Shown here: one piece after another, positions 10,918-20,467 of the stretch
Position numbering within the stretch: the first letter of the stretch is position 1
How the letters are laid out: the number at the start of each line of letters is the position of its first letter
Assembly (NCBI GenBank): GCA_018065465.1
Contig: JAGHTC010000009.1
Span: 9,484 to 73,483, forward strand
Origin: Candidatus Ruminococcus equi
GTDB lineage: Bacteria; Bacillota; Clostridia; Oscillospirales; Acutalibacteraceae
Direction of reading: 5' to 3'
Length of the DNA stretch: 64,000 bases
The notes under the pieces: model-generated
What the model was told of the DNA's origin: nothing
What the model saw: the letters and a program-made list of their open reading frames with translations, nothing else
The model's database searches: none
Made by a program: the position numbers and the translations under genes

Positions 10918-11937
10918 ATGAAAATTTTGGTAACAGGCGGTGCCGGATTTATCGGCTCGAATTTTGTATATTATATGTTGAAAAATTATCCCGATTACAA
11001 GATAATCTGCGTTGATTGTCTTACCTATGCGGGAAATCTTTCAACATTAAAAGAAGCGCTTGAAAATAAGAATTTCAAATTTTACAAAACGAATATCTGT
11101 GACCGCAAGGGTATATACGAAATTTTTGAAACGGAAAAACCCGATATAGTTGTAAATTTTGCGGCTGAAAGTCATGTTGACCGTTCAATCGAAAATCCCG
11201 AGGTTTTTTTGCAGACAAATATATTAGGTACACAGGTTCTTATGGACGCTTGCAGGAAATACGGCAATATTCGTTATCATCAGGTATCTACCGATGAAGT
11301 GTATGGCGATTTACCTCTTGACAGGCCTGATTTGTTTTTTACCGAAGAAACTCCTTTGCACACTTCAAGTCCGTATTCTTCTTCAAAAGCAAGTGCTGAT
11401 TTGCTTGTGCTTGCATATTACCGCACTTATGCGCTTCCGGTAACAATTAGCCGTTGTTCAAATAATTACGGGCCATTCCACTTTCCCGAAAAACTTATTC
11501 CGCTTATGATAGCGAATGCGTTAAATGACAAGCCACTTCCTGTATATGGAAAAGGCGAAAATGTCAGGGATTGGCTGTATGTAGAAGACCACTGCAAGGC
11601 GATTGACTTGATTATTCACAACGGAAGAATAGGCGAAGTTTATAATGTCGGCGGCCACAACGAAATGAGAAATATCGACATAGTAAAACTCATTTGTGAC
11701 AAACTCAATAAACCGCAAAGCCTTATTACCTTTGTAACCGACAGAAAAGGTCACGATATGCGATATGCTATCGACCCGACAAAAATTCACAACGAGCTTT
11801 CGTGGTTACCGGAGACTAAATTTGCCGACGGCATTGATAAAACAATAGATTGGTACTTGACTCACAGAGAATGGTGGGAAGAGATTATATCCGGCGAGTA
11901 TCAAAATTATTATGAGAAAATGTATAAAAACAGATAA
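10918..11937 (+). CDS. rmlB: dTDP-glucose 4,6-dehydratase
   Basis: 'VTGGAGFIGSN', 'NFAAESHVDRSI', 'STDEVYG', 'PYSSSKA', 'SNNYGP.HFPEKLIP'. Confidence 0.97.
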   Translation: MKILVTGGAGFIGSNFVYYMLKNYPDYKIICVDCLTYAGNLSTLKEALENKNFKFYKTNICDRKGIYEIFETEKPDIVVNFAAESHVDRSIENPEVFLQTNILGTQVLMDACRKYGNIRYHQVSTDEVYGDLPLDRPDLFFTEETPLHTSSPYSSSKASADLLVLAYYRTYALPVTISRCSNNYGPFHFPEKLIPLMIANALNDKPLPVYGKGENVRDWLYVEDHCKAIDLIIHNGRIGEVYNVGGHNEMRNIDIVKLICDKLNKPQSLITFVTDRKGHDMRYAIDPTKIHNELSWLPETKFADGIDKTIDWYLTHREWWEEIISGEYQNYYEKMYKNR

Positions 11938-11939
11938 TA

Positions 11940-12974
11940 ATGCAGGAGTTTATTATGAGAGATAATCAGGTGGAATTAAGCATTTCCATAACGGTATACA
12001 ATCATGAGAATTATCTTGAAAAGCTTTTTGACAGCATATTGTGCCAAAAGGTAAACTTCAATTATGAAGTTGTTATCGGAGAAGATTGCTCTACAGATAA
12101 TTCCAGAGAAATTATAAGAAGATACGCACAAAAATATGATTTTTTCAAGCCGATATTCCGTGAAAAAAACATCGGTGGCACAGCGAATGAATTTGATACA
12201 TATCAACATTGTACCGGAAAATATATGTGTATTATTGACGGTGATGATTTTATCATAGATGAAAACCGTCTGCAAAGGCAGTACGAATATATGGAGTCTC
12301 ATCCTGACGCTTACTGGGTTGGAGCAAGAGGGAAAATTGTTGATGAAAATAACAACATTTTACCATATAAGCATTTTGATAAAGTTGAAGTACTTACCCC
12401 GGAGTCGTTGAAAAAGTTTTCGAATATGCCGAATTTAGGTTGTTTTATGTTCAAAAATATTTTTTTGAATGATACGGACAGGGAAAATTTATCAAAACTT
12501 CTTTTTACACATACCATTATTGGAGATTGGACAATTCTTTTATATTATCTTGATAAATCAGATGTAGAAATTTTTCCCGATTATGTTCACTGTTACAGAA
12601 AAGTGGTAAACAGTACAGCAAGTAACTTTAATTCAATTTACAGACGGCAGAAAAATAAATACGATGTAATTGTTGAACGAATGCAATACGAACAAATGCT
12701 GAATGAATATAAGTTTGATCGTGTATCTGTAAATTATTTGCGGTCAAAAAAGGCTGCAGAATTATATGCTGCTTTAGTGCGCGATAAAAGTCTTTCGAGT
12801 AGAAAATACGGGAGAGAGGTTTATAAAAAAGAATTTAAGCCTTTTATGACAGCAAAGGAAAGATGGACTTTACCTATTGGTGTAATAAAGGAGTATTACT
12901 CATATTACAAAATTTTTAGGGAACATGGTATTCTCAAAAAAGAAACCGCAGATGAAATTGGTAAAAAGGTATAA
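11940..12974 (+). CDS. Glycosyltransferase family 2
   Basis: 'SITVYNHENYL', 'EVVIGEDCSTDNS', 'CIIDGDDF'. Confidence 0.88.
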   Translation: MQEFIMRDNQVELSISITVYNHENYLEKLFDSILCQKVNFNYEVVIGEDCSTDNSREIIRRYAQKYDFFKPIFREKNIGGTANEFDTYQHCTGKYMCIIDGDDFIIDENRLQRQYEYMESHPDAYWVGARGKIVDENNNILPYKHFDKVEVLTPESLKKFSNMPNLGCFMFKNIFLNDTDRENLSKLLFTHTIIGDWTILLYYLDKSDVEIFPDYVHCYRKVVNSTASNFNSIYRRQKNKYDVIVERMQYEQMLNEYKFDRVSVNYLRSKKAAELYAALVRDKSLSSRKYGREVYKKEFKPFMTAKERWTLPIGVIKEYYSYYKIFREHGILKKETADEIGKKV

Positions 12975-13000
12975 AATTTTTTCTTTTGGAGGACATTATT

Positions 13001-14371
13001 TTGCTTCAAAATGTTTGCAAATTGCTGGTTGATTCTTGGCAAAGAAATGACGGAACTGAAACAATTGATTCCATACTTTCATGGGTGCAAAAGCGAAACG
13101 AAACGCTTCATGTTGAAATTAATAAAGTGTCTTTGGACGAATGTGATGATTGGCACTACGATTGCAGTGACGGAACAATACACAACAAAAATCGCTCCTT
13201 CTTTTCTATTGCAGGAATGAAAAGCGTAAGCGGCAGTAATGTTGTTGAACAGCCTGTTCTGTTGCAAAAAGAAATCGGATATCTCGGCTTTATCTGTAAG
13301 CCGATAAACGGTGTTTTACATTTTCTCGTTCAAGCGAAAATTGAGCCGGGAAATGTAAATACAATACAACTTTCACCGACAATCCAAGCCACAAAAAGCA
13401 ATTTTACTCAAAAACACGGTGGCAAAAAGCCAATGTACTTACGATATTTTATCAATGCGAATAAAGACAATATTTTAGTTGACCAAATTCAATCGGAGCA
13501 ATCATCAAGATTTTTGAAAAAGAGGAACAGAAATATTATTATTGTCTTTGATGAAGATGAAAAAATAGAGTGTAAGCCATCGCACAAGTGGTTAACTTTG
13601 GGACAAATTAAGGCGTTAATGCATTATCCTAATTTAGTCAATATGGACACAAGAACGGTTCTGTCGTGTATTCCGTATGCTTTGCTTGACAGAAACGATG
13701 TTAATTGTGAAGATAATCCTGTTTTATTATCAGTATTTTCATTACCCGAAAGAGAAAAAATAGTGGAAATGTTTCACTCTGTTAATAATATGAAAATGTT
13801 TGAAAGCAGAGAAAACGAAATAGTTGATTTGTATTCTCTTTCCGATTGGGAAATGAAAGACGGAGAATATGTATGCAAAAAGCCTTATCCGATGAAAGTG
13901 ATTTTCTGTGATATTTCTATCGAAGAAAGGGAAGTAAGCCATTGGTGTCAACCGCTGTTTGAAGCAACAGGAAAAGCACTGTTTTGTCTGTTGTGTGCAG
14001 ATGTTGACGGAAAAAGAGAGTTTTTAGTCCGACTTACCCCTGAAATAGGCTGTTTTGATACCGTGGAAATAGGACCTACTTTGCAAAGAGAAGCAGTATA
14101 CAGCGGTGATGAAGATGAGGTTTCAAGACTTATCTTTTCAAAAATTGCAAACAAAGACTCAATTATTTTTGATTCGGTTTTATCTGAAGAGGGCGGACGT
14201 TTTTATCATGAAGAAAATCGGAACATAATAATCAAGATTGATAAAGATGAGATAAAGGATTTGCCAAGCGGATATTTTTGGTGTAATTTTGCTACACTTA
14301 ATTCACTGAATATGGTTAATAATTGTTTGAATATTCAACTAAGAAATTTGATGTCTTTATTGGAGATATAA
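13001..14371 (+). CDS. NDP-hexose 2,3-dehydratase (EvaA/SpnO/OleV/TylX3 family)
   Basis: Two internally repeated domains: 'FLVQAKIEPGN..QLSPTIQATKSN', 'QSEQSSRFLKKRNRN' and 'FLVRLTPEIG..EIGPTLQ', 'LSEEGGRFYHEENRN'. Start moved to TTG 13001, 7 nt after GGAGGA (12988-12993). Confidence 0.9.
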   Translation: MLQNVCKLLVDSWQRNDGTETIDSILSWVQKRNETLHVEINKVSLDECDDWHYDCSDGTIHNKNRSFFSIAGMKSVSGSNVVEQPVLLQKEIGYLGFICKPINGVLHFLVQAKIEPGNVNTIQLSPTIQATKSNFTQKHGGKKPMYLRYFINANKDNILVDQIQSEQSSRFLKKRNRNIIIVFDEDEKIECKPSHKWLTLGQIKALMHYPNLVNMDTRTVLSCIPYALLDRNDVNCEDNPVLLSVFSLPEREKIVEMFHSVNNMKMFESRENEIVDLYSLSDWEMKDGEYVCKKPYPMKVIFCDISIEEREVSHWCQPLFEATGKALFCLLCADVDGKREFLVRLTPEIGCFDTVEIGPTLQREAVYSGDEDEVSRLIFSKIANKDSIIFDSVLSEEGGRFYHEENRNIIIKIDKDEIKDLPSGYFWCNFATLNSLNMVNNCLNIQLRNLMSLLEI

Positions 14372-14372
14372 T

Positions 14373-15383
14373 ATGGATAAATTAAGAGTAGGAGTTTTGG
14401 CTCCTTCTGAAATTGCTTTTAGACGTTTTGTTCCGGCAATATTAAAAAGCGATAAACTTGAATTTGCCGGTGTTTCCTGTGCCACTGAAAAAGAGTGGGG
14501 AACAGACGACAGTAATGAAATAATCAAAAGTGAATTTGATAAAGCAAATAACTTTGTCGAAAATTTTGGCGGGAAAGTGTATTTGGGATATGAGGATATA
14601 CTTTCCGATGACAGTATTGATGCAGTTTATGTTCCGCTTCCTCCGGGATTGCATTACAAATGGGGTAAAAGGGTACTCGAAAGCAAAAAACACCTTTTGT
14701 TGGAAAAACCATTTTCCGATAGTGTTGAACATACAAAGGAATTACTTGAGACGGCAAAGTTAAATAATCTTGCCGTGCATGAAAACTTTGCCTTTGTATA
14801 TCACAAGCAAATTGACAAAATTTTGGAATTGGTAAATGATGGCGCAATTGGTGAAACGAGACTGATTAGGACAGCGTTTGGTTTTCCATATCGTGGGGAA
14901 AACGATTTCAGATACCATAAGAATATGGGCGGAGGAGCTTTGCTTGATTGCGGGGGCTATCCGACAAGACTTGCGTCTTTGTTGTTGGGTGAGAGTGCAA
15001 AAGTAGTTTGTTCATCACTGTGCGCTGCAAAAGGACATGATGTCGATGTTTTCGGAAGTGCGACTGTTCAGAATGATTCAAGATTGACTGCACAGATTTC
15101 TTTCGGTATGGACAACTCATATAAATGTGAGCTTGAAATTTGGGGAGAAAGAGGAGTCATTTATACACCGAGAGTCTTTACCCCAACAGCACAGATGAAT
15201 ACGGTTATAATGCTGAAAACCAATGAGGAACAGGAAATAGTAATAGAGCCGGATGACCAATTTTTTAATTCTGCTTTAGTATTACTTGATTGTGTTAACG
15301 ACAAAAATTTCAGAGAAAAAAGAATGACTGAAATACTGAATCAATCATTATTAATGAATGAAATCAGGGAGTGTGCAAAATGA
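14373..15383 (+). CDS. Gfo/Idh/MocA oxidoreductase, probable NDP-hexose 3-ketoreductase (KijD10/SpnN/OleW-like)
   Basis: 'RVGVLAPSEIAFRRFVPAI', 'VYVPLPPGLH', 'LLEKP', 'GGGALLDCGGYP'; starts 1 nt after the dehydratase stop. Confidence 0.82.
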   Translation: MDKLRVGVLAPSEIAFRRFVPAILKSDKLEFAGVSCATEKEWGTDDSNEIIKSEFDKANNFVENFGGKVYLGYEDILSDDSIDAVYVPLPPGLHYKWGKRVLESKKHLLLEKPFSDSVEHTKELLETAKLNNLAVHENFAFVYHKQIDKILELVNDGAIGETRLIRTAFGFPYRGENDFRYHKNMGGGALLDCGGYPTRLASLLLGESAKVVCSSLCAAKGHDVDVFGSATVQNDSRLTAQISFGMDNSYKCELEIWGERGVIYTPRVFTPTAQMNTVIMLKTNEEQEIVIEPDDQFFNSALVLLDCVNDKNFREKRMTEILNQSLLMNEIRECAK

Positions 15384-16471
15384 GCAAAATTCAAGTAGTT
15401 CGTTCGTCTATGCCTCCTTATGAGGAATATTGCGAAGAAATAAAAGATTTGTGGGAGAACAGATGGCTTACTCATCAAGGACCAAAACATCAGCAACTCG
15501 AAAAAGATTTGCGCAAATATCTTGATGTAGATAATATTACTTTATTTGCAAACGGACATCTTGCTTTGGAACTTGCAATAAAAGCATTCGGGCTTACCGG
15601 AGAAGTAATTACTACACCATATACTTTTGCGTCTACTACACAGGCTATTGTCAGAAATGGGCTTGTGCCGGTCTTTTGTGATATAAATCCGATTGATTAT
15701 ACTATTGATGTCAACAAGATAGAAGATTTGATTACAGAGAAAACTTCTGCAATTATTCCTGTCCATGTTTACGGTTCGATTTGTGACTATGAAAGAATTG
15801 AAAAAATCGCAAATAAATATAATTTGAAAGTAATTTATGATGCTGCGCATGCGTTCGGAATAAAAATCGGTTCAAAGCCTGTCGGTACACTCGGCGATGC
15901 ATCTATGTTCAGTTTTCACGCCACCAAGGTGTATCATACTGTTGAAGGTGGCGGACTTACTTACAGTGACAGTACGCTCACAGAAAAGTTAGACCAACTC
16001 AAGCAGTTCGGAATGTACGGAAAAGATGAAGTGCCGACTGTCGGAACAAATGCAAAGATGACAGAAGCACACGCCGCTATGGGTTTATGTAACCTTCGAC
16101 ATATAGATGAAGAAATTGCAAAGCGCAAAGTTGCTTTTGACAGATATATGGAAAATCTCGGTGGGATTGACGGGATTAAACTTATGAAAATTCAAGATTC
16201 AGTTAAGCATAATTATGCTTATTTTCCTGCTGTGTTCGATGGCTACAAATATTCAAGAGATGAAATAGAAAGAAAACTTGCTGAAAATGATATTTTCGCA
16301 AGAAAGTATTTCTATCCGATTACTAACGAGTTTGAAGCATATAAAGGTATGTTTGAAATTCAGCAAACACCGATTGCAAAGTATATTTCAGAACGGGTTT
16401 TAACTTTACCGCTGTATGCTGATTTATCGGTTGATGATGTTGATAGAATTTGCAAATTGATTATTGAGTAG
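15380..16471 (+). CDS. DegT/DnrJ/EryC1/StrS PLP aminotransferase (VioA-like sugar C4-aminotransferase)
   Basis: 'VITTPYTFAST', 'IYDAAHAFG', 'FSFHATK' (PLP Lys), 'GTNAKMTE'; ATGA overlap at 15380. Confidence 0.9.
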   Translation: MSKIQVVRSSMPPYEEYCEEIKDLWENRWLTHQGPKHQQLEKDLRKYLDVDNITLFANGHLALELAIKAFGLTGEVITTPYTFASTTQAIVRNGLVPVFCDINPIDYTIDVNKIEDLITEKTSAIIPVHVYGSICDYERIEKIANKYNLKVIYDAAHAFGIKIGSKPVGTLGDASMFSFHATKVYHTVEGGGLTYSDSTLTEKLDQLKQFGMYGKDEVPTVGTNAKMTEAHAAMGLCNLRHIDEEIAKRKVAFDRYMENLGGIDGIKLMKIQDSVKHNYAYFPAVFDGYKYSRDEIERKLAENDIFARKYFYPITNEFEAYKGMFEIQQTPIAKYISERVLTLPLYADLSVDDVDRICKLIIE

Positions 16472-16497
16472 TATTGATTTGCAGGCTGAGGTGTCAT

Positions 16498-17682
16498 ATG
16501 GGAATAAAAACGGCATTAAGAAAAACGGCTGAAAAGATTTTTCAGTCAAAGTGGTATCCAAACAAAAAAATACTTTTGGAAAGCAAACCCGATATGGGAT
16601 GTCAGACCTATCCTGTTTTTCAGTATATGCTAAAAGAAGGTTTGAATGAAAAGTACAAACTTATTTGGCTTGTTAGTAATAAGGACGAGTACAAAGATGT
16701 TCATATAAAAAATGTTAAATTTCTAAATTATGAGCCACAGAATTTCTTTGAGCGGTTTTACAGAAGATATCTTCTTTTTACGTCAAGAGCAATGATGTAT
16801 TCTAACAGGTATATTGGGAAAGTCTTTGATAAACAATTACTTGTATATTTGCGACATGGTACTGCATCAATTAAATCAAGAATAAAACACAGAAGAGAAA
16901 ACGATATTAACGAGAGTGATATAAGTATCAGTATATCTCATTTTTTTGATGACATTGATGTAATGGAACTGAATATCAGAAGAGAAAGTCTTTTTGAATC
17001 GGGCTGCCCGAGAAGCGACTATCTGTTTGAATCTGTTGATTATTGTGAAAAACTTTTTCCTGAAAACAAATATGATAAAATCATTATCTGGATGCCTACT
17101 TTCAGAAAAACTGATTCTAGTGACAGAATTGACTCAACTTTTGAATTCCCTTTGGGGTTGCCATGCTTATATTCAAATGAAGATTGTGAAAGATTAAATG
17201 AAGCATTGGCAAATAATAATATTTTGCTTGTACTAAAACCGCATCCTGCACAGGATTTATCTGTATTAAAATCAATGAACCTGTCTAACTTTGTTACAGT
17301 ATATGACAGTGATATAAAGAAAGCGGGTATTCAACTTTATCAGTTTTTGGGCTCAACGGATGCCTTGATTACCGACTATTCTTCGGTATATTATGATTAC
17401 CTTCTTACAGGAAAAAATATCGGCATTACCATTGATGATATTGATGAATATGTAAAAGATACAGGTTTTGTATTTGACAATGTTTTTGATATACTCGTCG
17501 GAGAATATATCAAAAATACCGATGAGTTTATTGAATTTGTAAAACATATTGCAAGCGGAGAAGACAGCAAAAAAGAACAAAGAGAAAAAGTTTGCAATTT
17601 AGTTCATAAATATAAAGACAATCAATCTACAAAAAGAGTCTATGAGCATATTGTAGAGGAACTTGAAAAAAGATACCAATAA
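16498..17682 (+). CDS. TagB/TagF-family (CDP-glycerol glycerophosphotransferase-like) protein
   Basis: 'YLRHGT', 'GCPRSD', 'WMPTFRK', 'LKPHP', 'DALITDYSSVYYDYLL'. Start moved to ATG 16498 after GAGGTG. Confidence 0.88.
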   Translation: MGIKTALRKTAEKIFQSKWYPNKKILLESKPDMGCQTYPVFQYMLKEGLNEKYKLIWLVSNKDEYKDVHIKNVKFLNYEPQNFFERFYRRYLLFTSRAMMYSNRYIGKVFDKQLLVYLRHGTASIKSRIKHRRENDINESDISISISHFFDDIDVMELNIRRESLFESGCPRSDYLFESVDYCEKLFPENKYDKIIIWMPTFRKTDSSDRIDSTFEFPLGLPCLYSNEDCERLNEALANNNILLVLKPHPAQDLSVLKSMNLSNFVTVYDSDIKKAGIQLYQFLGSTDALITDYSSVYYDYLLTGKNIGITIDDIDEYVKDTGFVFDNVFDILVGEYIKNTDEFIEFVKHIASGEDSKKEQREKVCNLVHKYKDNQSTKRVYEHIVEELEKRYQ

Positions 17683-17694
17683 CGGAGGGATAGT

Positions 17695-18474
17695 ATGAAA
17701 GTTGTAATTCTTGCCGGCGGTTACGGAACGAGAATTTCAGAGGAATCACACCAAAAGCCGAAGCCTATGATAGAAATAGGCGAAATGCCTATTCTTTGGC
17801 ACATTATGAAAGAGTATTCTCACTACGGAATAAATGAATTTATCATTTGTGCGGGATACAAACAACATGTAATCAAAGAGTGGTTTGCCGACTATTTTCT
17901 TCATACTTCGGATATCACCTTTGACTTTACAAACGGTGACGAAATTATCGTTCACAATAAGCGTGCCGAATCGTGGAAAGTTACTGTTGTTGATACGGGA
18001 CTAAATACTCAAACAGGCGGAAGAGTTAAGAGAATAAAAGACTATATCGGTGACGAAACTTTTATGCTTACCTACGGTGATGCTGTCGGTGATATCGATA
18101 TAGATGCATTGTTAAAGAAACATAAGGAAAGCAAGAAACTCGGTACTATATCTGTATATAATTTCGGACAGAACAAGGGTGTTGTGAAACTTAACCCCGA
18201 CGGCACTGTTGACAAATTCAGAGAAAAAAGCGGAATTGACGGCGACCTTATCAATATCGGATATATGGTTTTTGAACCGAAGATTTTTGACTACATTGAC
18301 GGCGACGACACCGTATTTGAGAAAGAGCCTATCGAGGCTTTGGTTGAGCAAAATCAACTGATAAGTTACCTCCACAAGGGTTATTGGCAGTGTATGGATA
18401 CATTAAGAGAAAAGCAGAAATTAGAAAGCCTTTGGGCAAGCGGTAATGCTCCGTGGAAAGTGTGGGAAGACTGA
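17695..18474 (+). CDS. rfbF: Glucose-1-phosphate cytidylyltransferase
   Basis: 'VILAGGYGTRISEES..KPKPMIEIG', 'VDTGLNTQTGGR', 'YWQCMDTLREK'. Confidence 0.96.
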   Translation: MKVVILAGGYGTRISEESHQKPKPMIEIGEMPILWHIMKEYSHYGINEFIICAGYKQHVIKEWFADYFLHTSDITFDFTNGDEIIVHNKRAESWKVTVVDTGLNTQTGGRVKRIKDYIGDETFMLTYGDAVGDIDIDALLKKHKESKKLGTISVYNFGQNKGVVKLNPDGTVDKFREKSGIDGDLINIGYMVFEPKIFDYIDGDDTVFEKEPIEALVEQNQLISYLHKGYWQCMDTLREKQKLESLWASGNAPWKVWED

Positions 18475-19529
18475 TGAATTTTGACCTTTCGTTTTATAAA
18501 GGAAAAAGAGTTTTTGTTACCGGACACACAGGATTCAAAGGCTCTTGGCTTTGCAAAATCCTGCAAAACGCAGGGGCAGAAGTTTTCGGCTATTCGCTTG
18601 AGCCTCCGACAAATCCCTCGTTATTTGAGATAGCCGACATTGAAAAAAATATGACTTCTTTTATCGGGGATATAAGAGATTACAAAGCCTTGAAAGAAGC
18701 GTTTGACAAAGCGCAACCCGAAATTGTTTTGCACCTTGCGGCACAGCCTATCGTCAGGGACAGTTACAAAGAGCCCGTGTATACTTATGAGACAAATGTT
18801 ATGGGTACAGTAAACATTCTCGAATGTGTGAGAACAACCGACTGTGTAAAATCTTTGCTGAATGTTACAACCGACAAGGTTTACTATAACAGAGAAGAAC
18901 AGGGACACGGCTATACTGAAGACGAAATGCTCGACGGCTACGACCCGTATTCGAACTCAAAGTCTTGTTCCGAACTTGTGACTCACAGTTATAAGAGAAG
19001 TTTTTTTGCTGACAGAGATATTGCCATTTCAACAGCAAGAGCGGGTAACGTTATCGGCGGCGGAGATTTTTCTAACGACAGAATTATTCCCGACTGTATC
19101 AGGGCGGCACAGAAAAAAGAAAACATTACCGTCCGTAACCCTTATTCAACAAGACCGTATCAACATGTGCTTGAACCGTTGTTTGCATATCTTATGATTG
19201 CGGCAAAGCAGTATGATGATATTACTCTTGCAGATTACTATAATGTCGGTCCCGATGATTGCGACTGCTTTGAAACCGGGGCTTTGGTAGATTTGTTTGT
19301 AAAGCACTGGGGCGATATTAAATGGGAAAACAAGAGCGACGGCGGTCCTCACGAGGCAAACTTCTTAAAACTCGACTGTACAAAATTGAAAAAGACTTTC
19401 TCTTGGCAGCCGAGGTGGAATCTAGATAAAGCAATAGAGAAAACAGTACAGTGGAGCAAATGCTGGCTTAGTGGCGGCGATGTCAGAATTTGTATGGATA
19501 AACAAATTGAAGAGTTTTTTAATTTATAA
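18474..19529 (+). CDS. rfbG: CDP-glucose 4,6-dehydratase
   Basis: 'VTGHTGFKGSWL', 'HLAAQPIVR.SY', 'TTDKVY', 'DPYSNSK', 'RAGNVIGGGD', 'RPYQHVLEPL'; TGATG overlap. Confidence 0.96.
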   Translation: MNFDLSFYKGKRVFVTGHTGFKGSWLCKILQNAGAEVFGYSLEPPTNPSLFEIADIEKNMTSFIGDIRDYKALKEAFDKAQPEIVLHLAAQPIVRDSYKEPVYTYETNVMGTVNILECVRTTDCVKSLLNVTTDKVYYNREEQGHGYTEDEMLDGYDPYSNSKSCSELVTHSYKRSFFADRDIAISTARAGNVIGGGDFSNDRIIPDCIRAAQKKENITVRNPYSTRPYQHVLEPLFAYLMIAAKQYDDITLADYYNVGPDDCDCFETGALVDLFVKHWGDIKWENKSDGGPHEANFLKLDCTKLKKTFSWQPRWNLDKAIEKTVQWSKCWLSGGDVRICMDKQIEEFFNL

Positions 19530-19543
19530 GGATAGATGATATT

Positions 19544-20467
19544 ATGAAAAAAGTAATTGTGACAGGTGCTAATGGCTTTATAGGTACTTCATTGCTCGAA
19601 CTTATGAGCAAAGAAGATGTTCTGATTTTTGCTATAATTAAAGATGAAAGTGAAGATATAAGCAAAATCAAAGATTATGATAATGTCAAGATAATTTACT
19701 GCGATTTCAACTACATAGAAAAATTGCCGAATTTAATAACCGACAGAGATATAGATTATTGTATTCATCTTGCTTGGGCAGGTTCATTTGGAGATGCTCG
19801 TGCCGACTATGACTGTCAACTGAATAATGTCAAAGCAACATTAGATTTGATTGAAGTTTTAAAAGAAATGAAAGTCAAAAGATTTGTCGGTGCCGGTACA
19901 CTTGCCGAAAAAGATGTACTGAATTATCATATGACAGACGGCGCAACACCCAATGCAGTAAGTATATATGGAATAGCAAAACTCACAAATCAGTTAATGA
20001 CAAAGGCATTATGTTCTAAATATGGGATTGAGCATATCTGGTGCTATTTGTCAAACACTTACGGTGTTGGCAATACCACAAATAATTTTGTGAATATGGC
20101 AAGCCGAAAAATGATACGCGGTGAACGGGCATCATTTACTTCCGGAGAACAGACATACGATTTTGTATATATTACCGATACAGTCAAAGCAATCAACTGT
20201 GTTGCAAAATTTGGAAAGAAAAACTGTTCCTATTATTTGGGAAGCACTAAAGAACGCCCGCTGAAAGAATACATCAAAATTATCAAAGATACTGTTGACC
20301 CGCATATAGAACTTTATTTAGGAGAGGTACCGTTTAACGGAAAAGCACTTTCTTGTGAAAACTACAGTGCTGAAAAACTTGTTGAACATACAGGATTTGT
20401 TCCGTCTGTTGATTTTGAAGACGGAATAAAAAAGACCGTTGAATGGCTAAAAGAACAGGAGAAATAA
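19544..20467 (+). CDS. Extended SDR, probable NDP-4-keto-6-deoxyhexose reductase/epimerase
   Basis: 'VTGANGFIG', 'HLAWAG', 'YGIAK'. Confidence 0.8.
   Translation: MKKVIVTGANGFIGTSLLELMSKEDVLIFAIIKDESEDISKIKDYDNVKIIYCDFNYIEKLPNLITDRDIDYCIHLAWAGSFGDARADYDCQLNNVKATLDLIEVLKEMKVKRFVGAGTLAEKDVLNYHMTDGATPNAVSIYGIAKLTNQLMTKALCSKYGIEHIWCYLSNTYGVGNTTNNFVNMASRKMIRGERASFTSGEQTYDFVYITDTVKAINCVAKFGKKNCSYYLGSTKERPLKEYIKIIKDTVDPHIELYLGEVPFNGKALSCENYSAEKLVEHTGFVPSVDFEDGIKKTVEWLKEQEK

Noticed and set aside
13001-16471. Antibiotic/secondary-metabolite cluster
   Set aside because: No PKS, NRPS, GT1 or resistance genes; the context is wzx/wzy and GT2/GT4/GT32.
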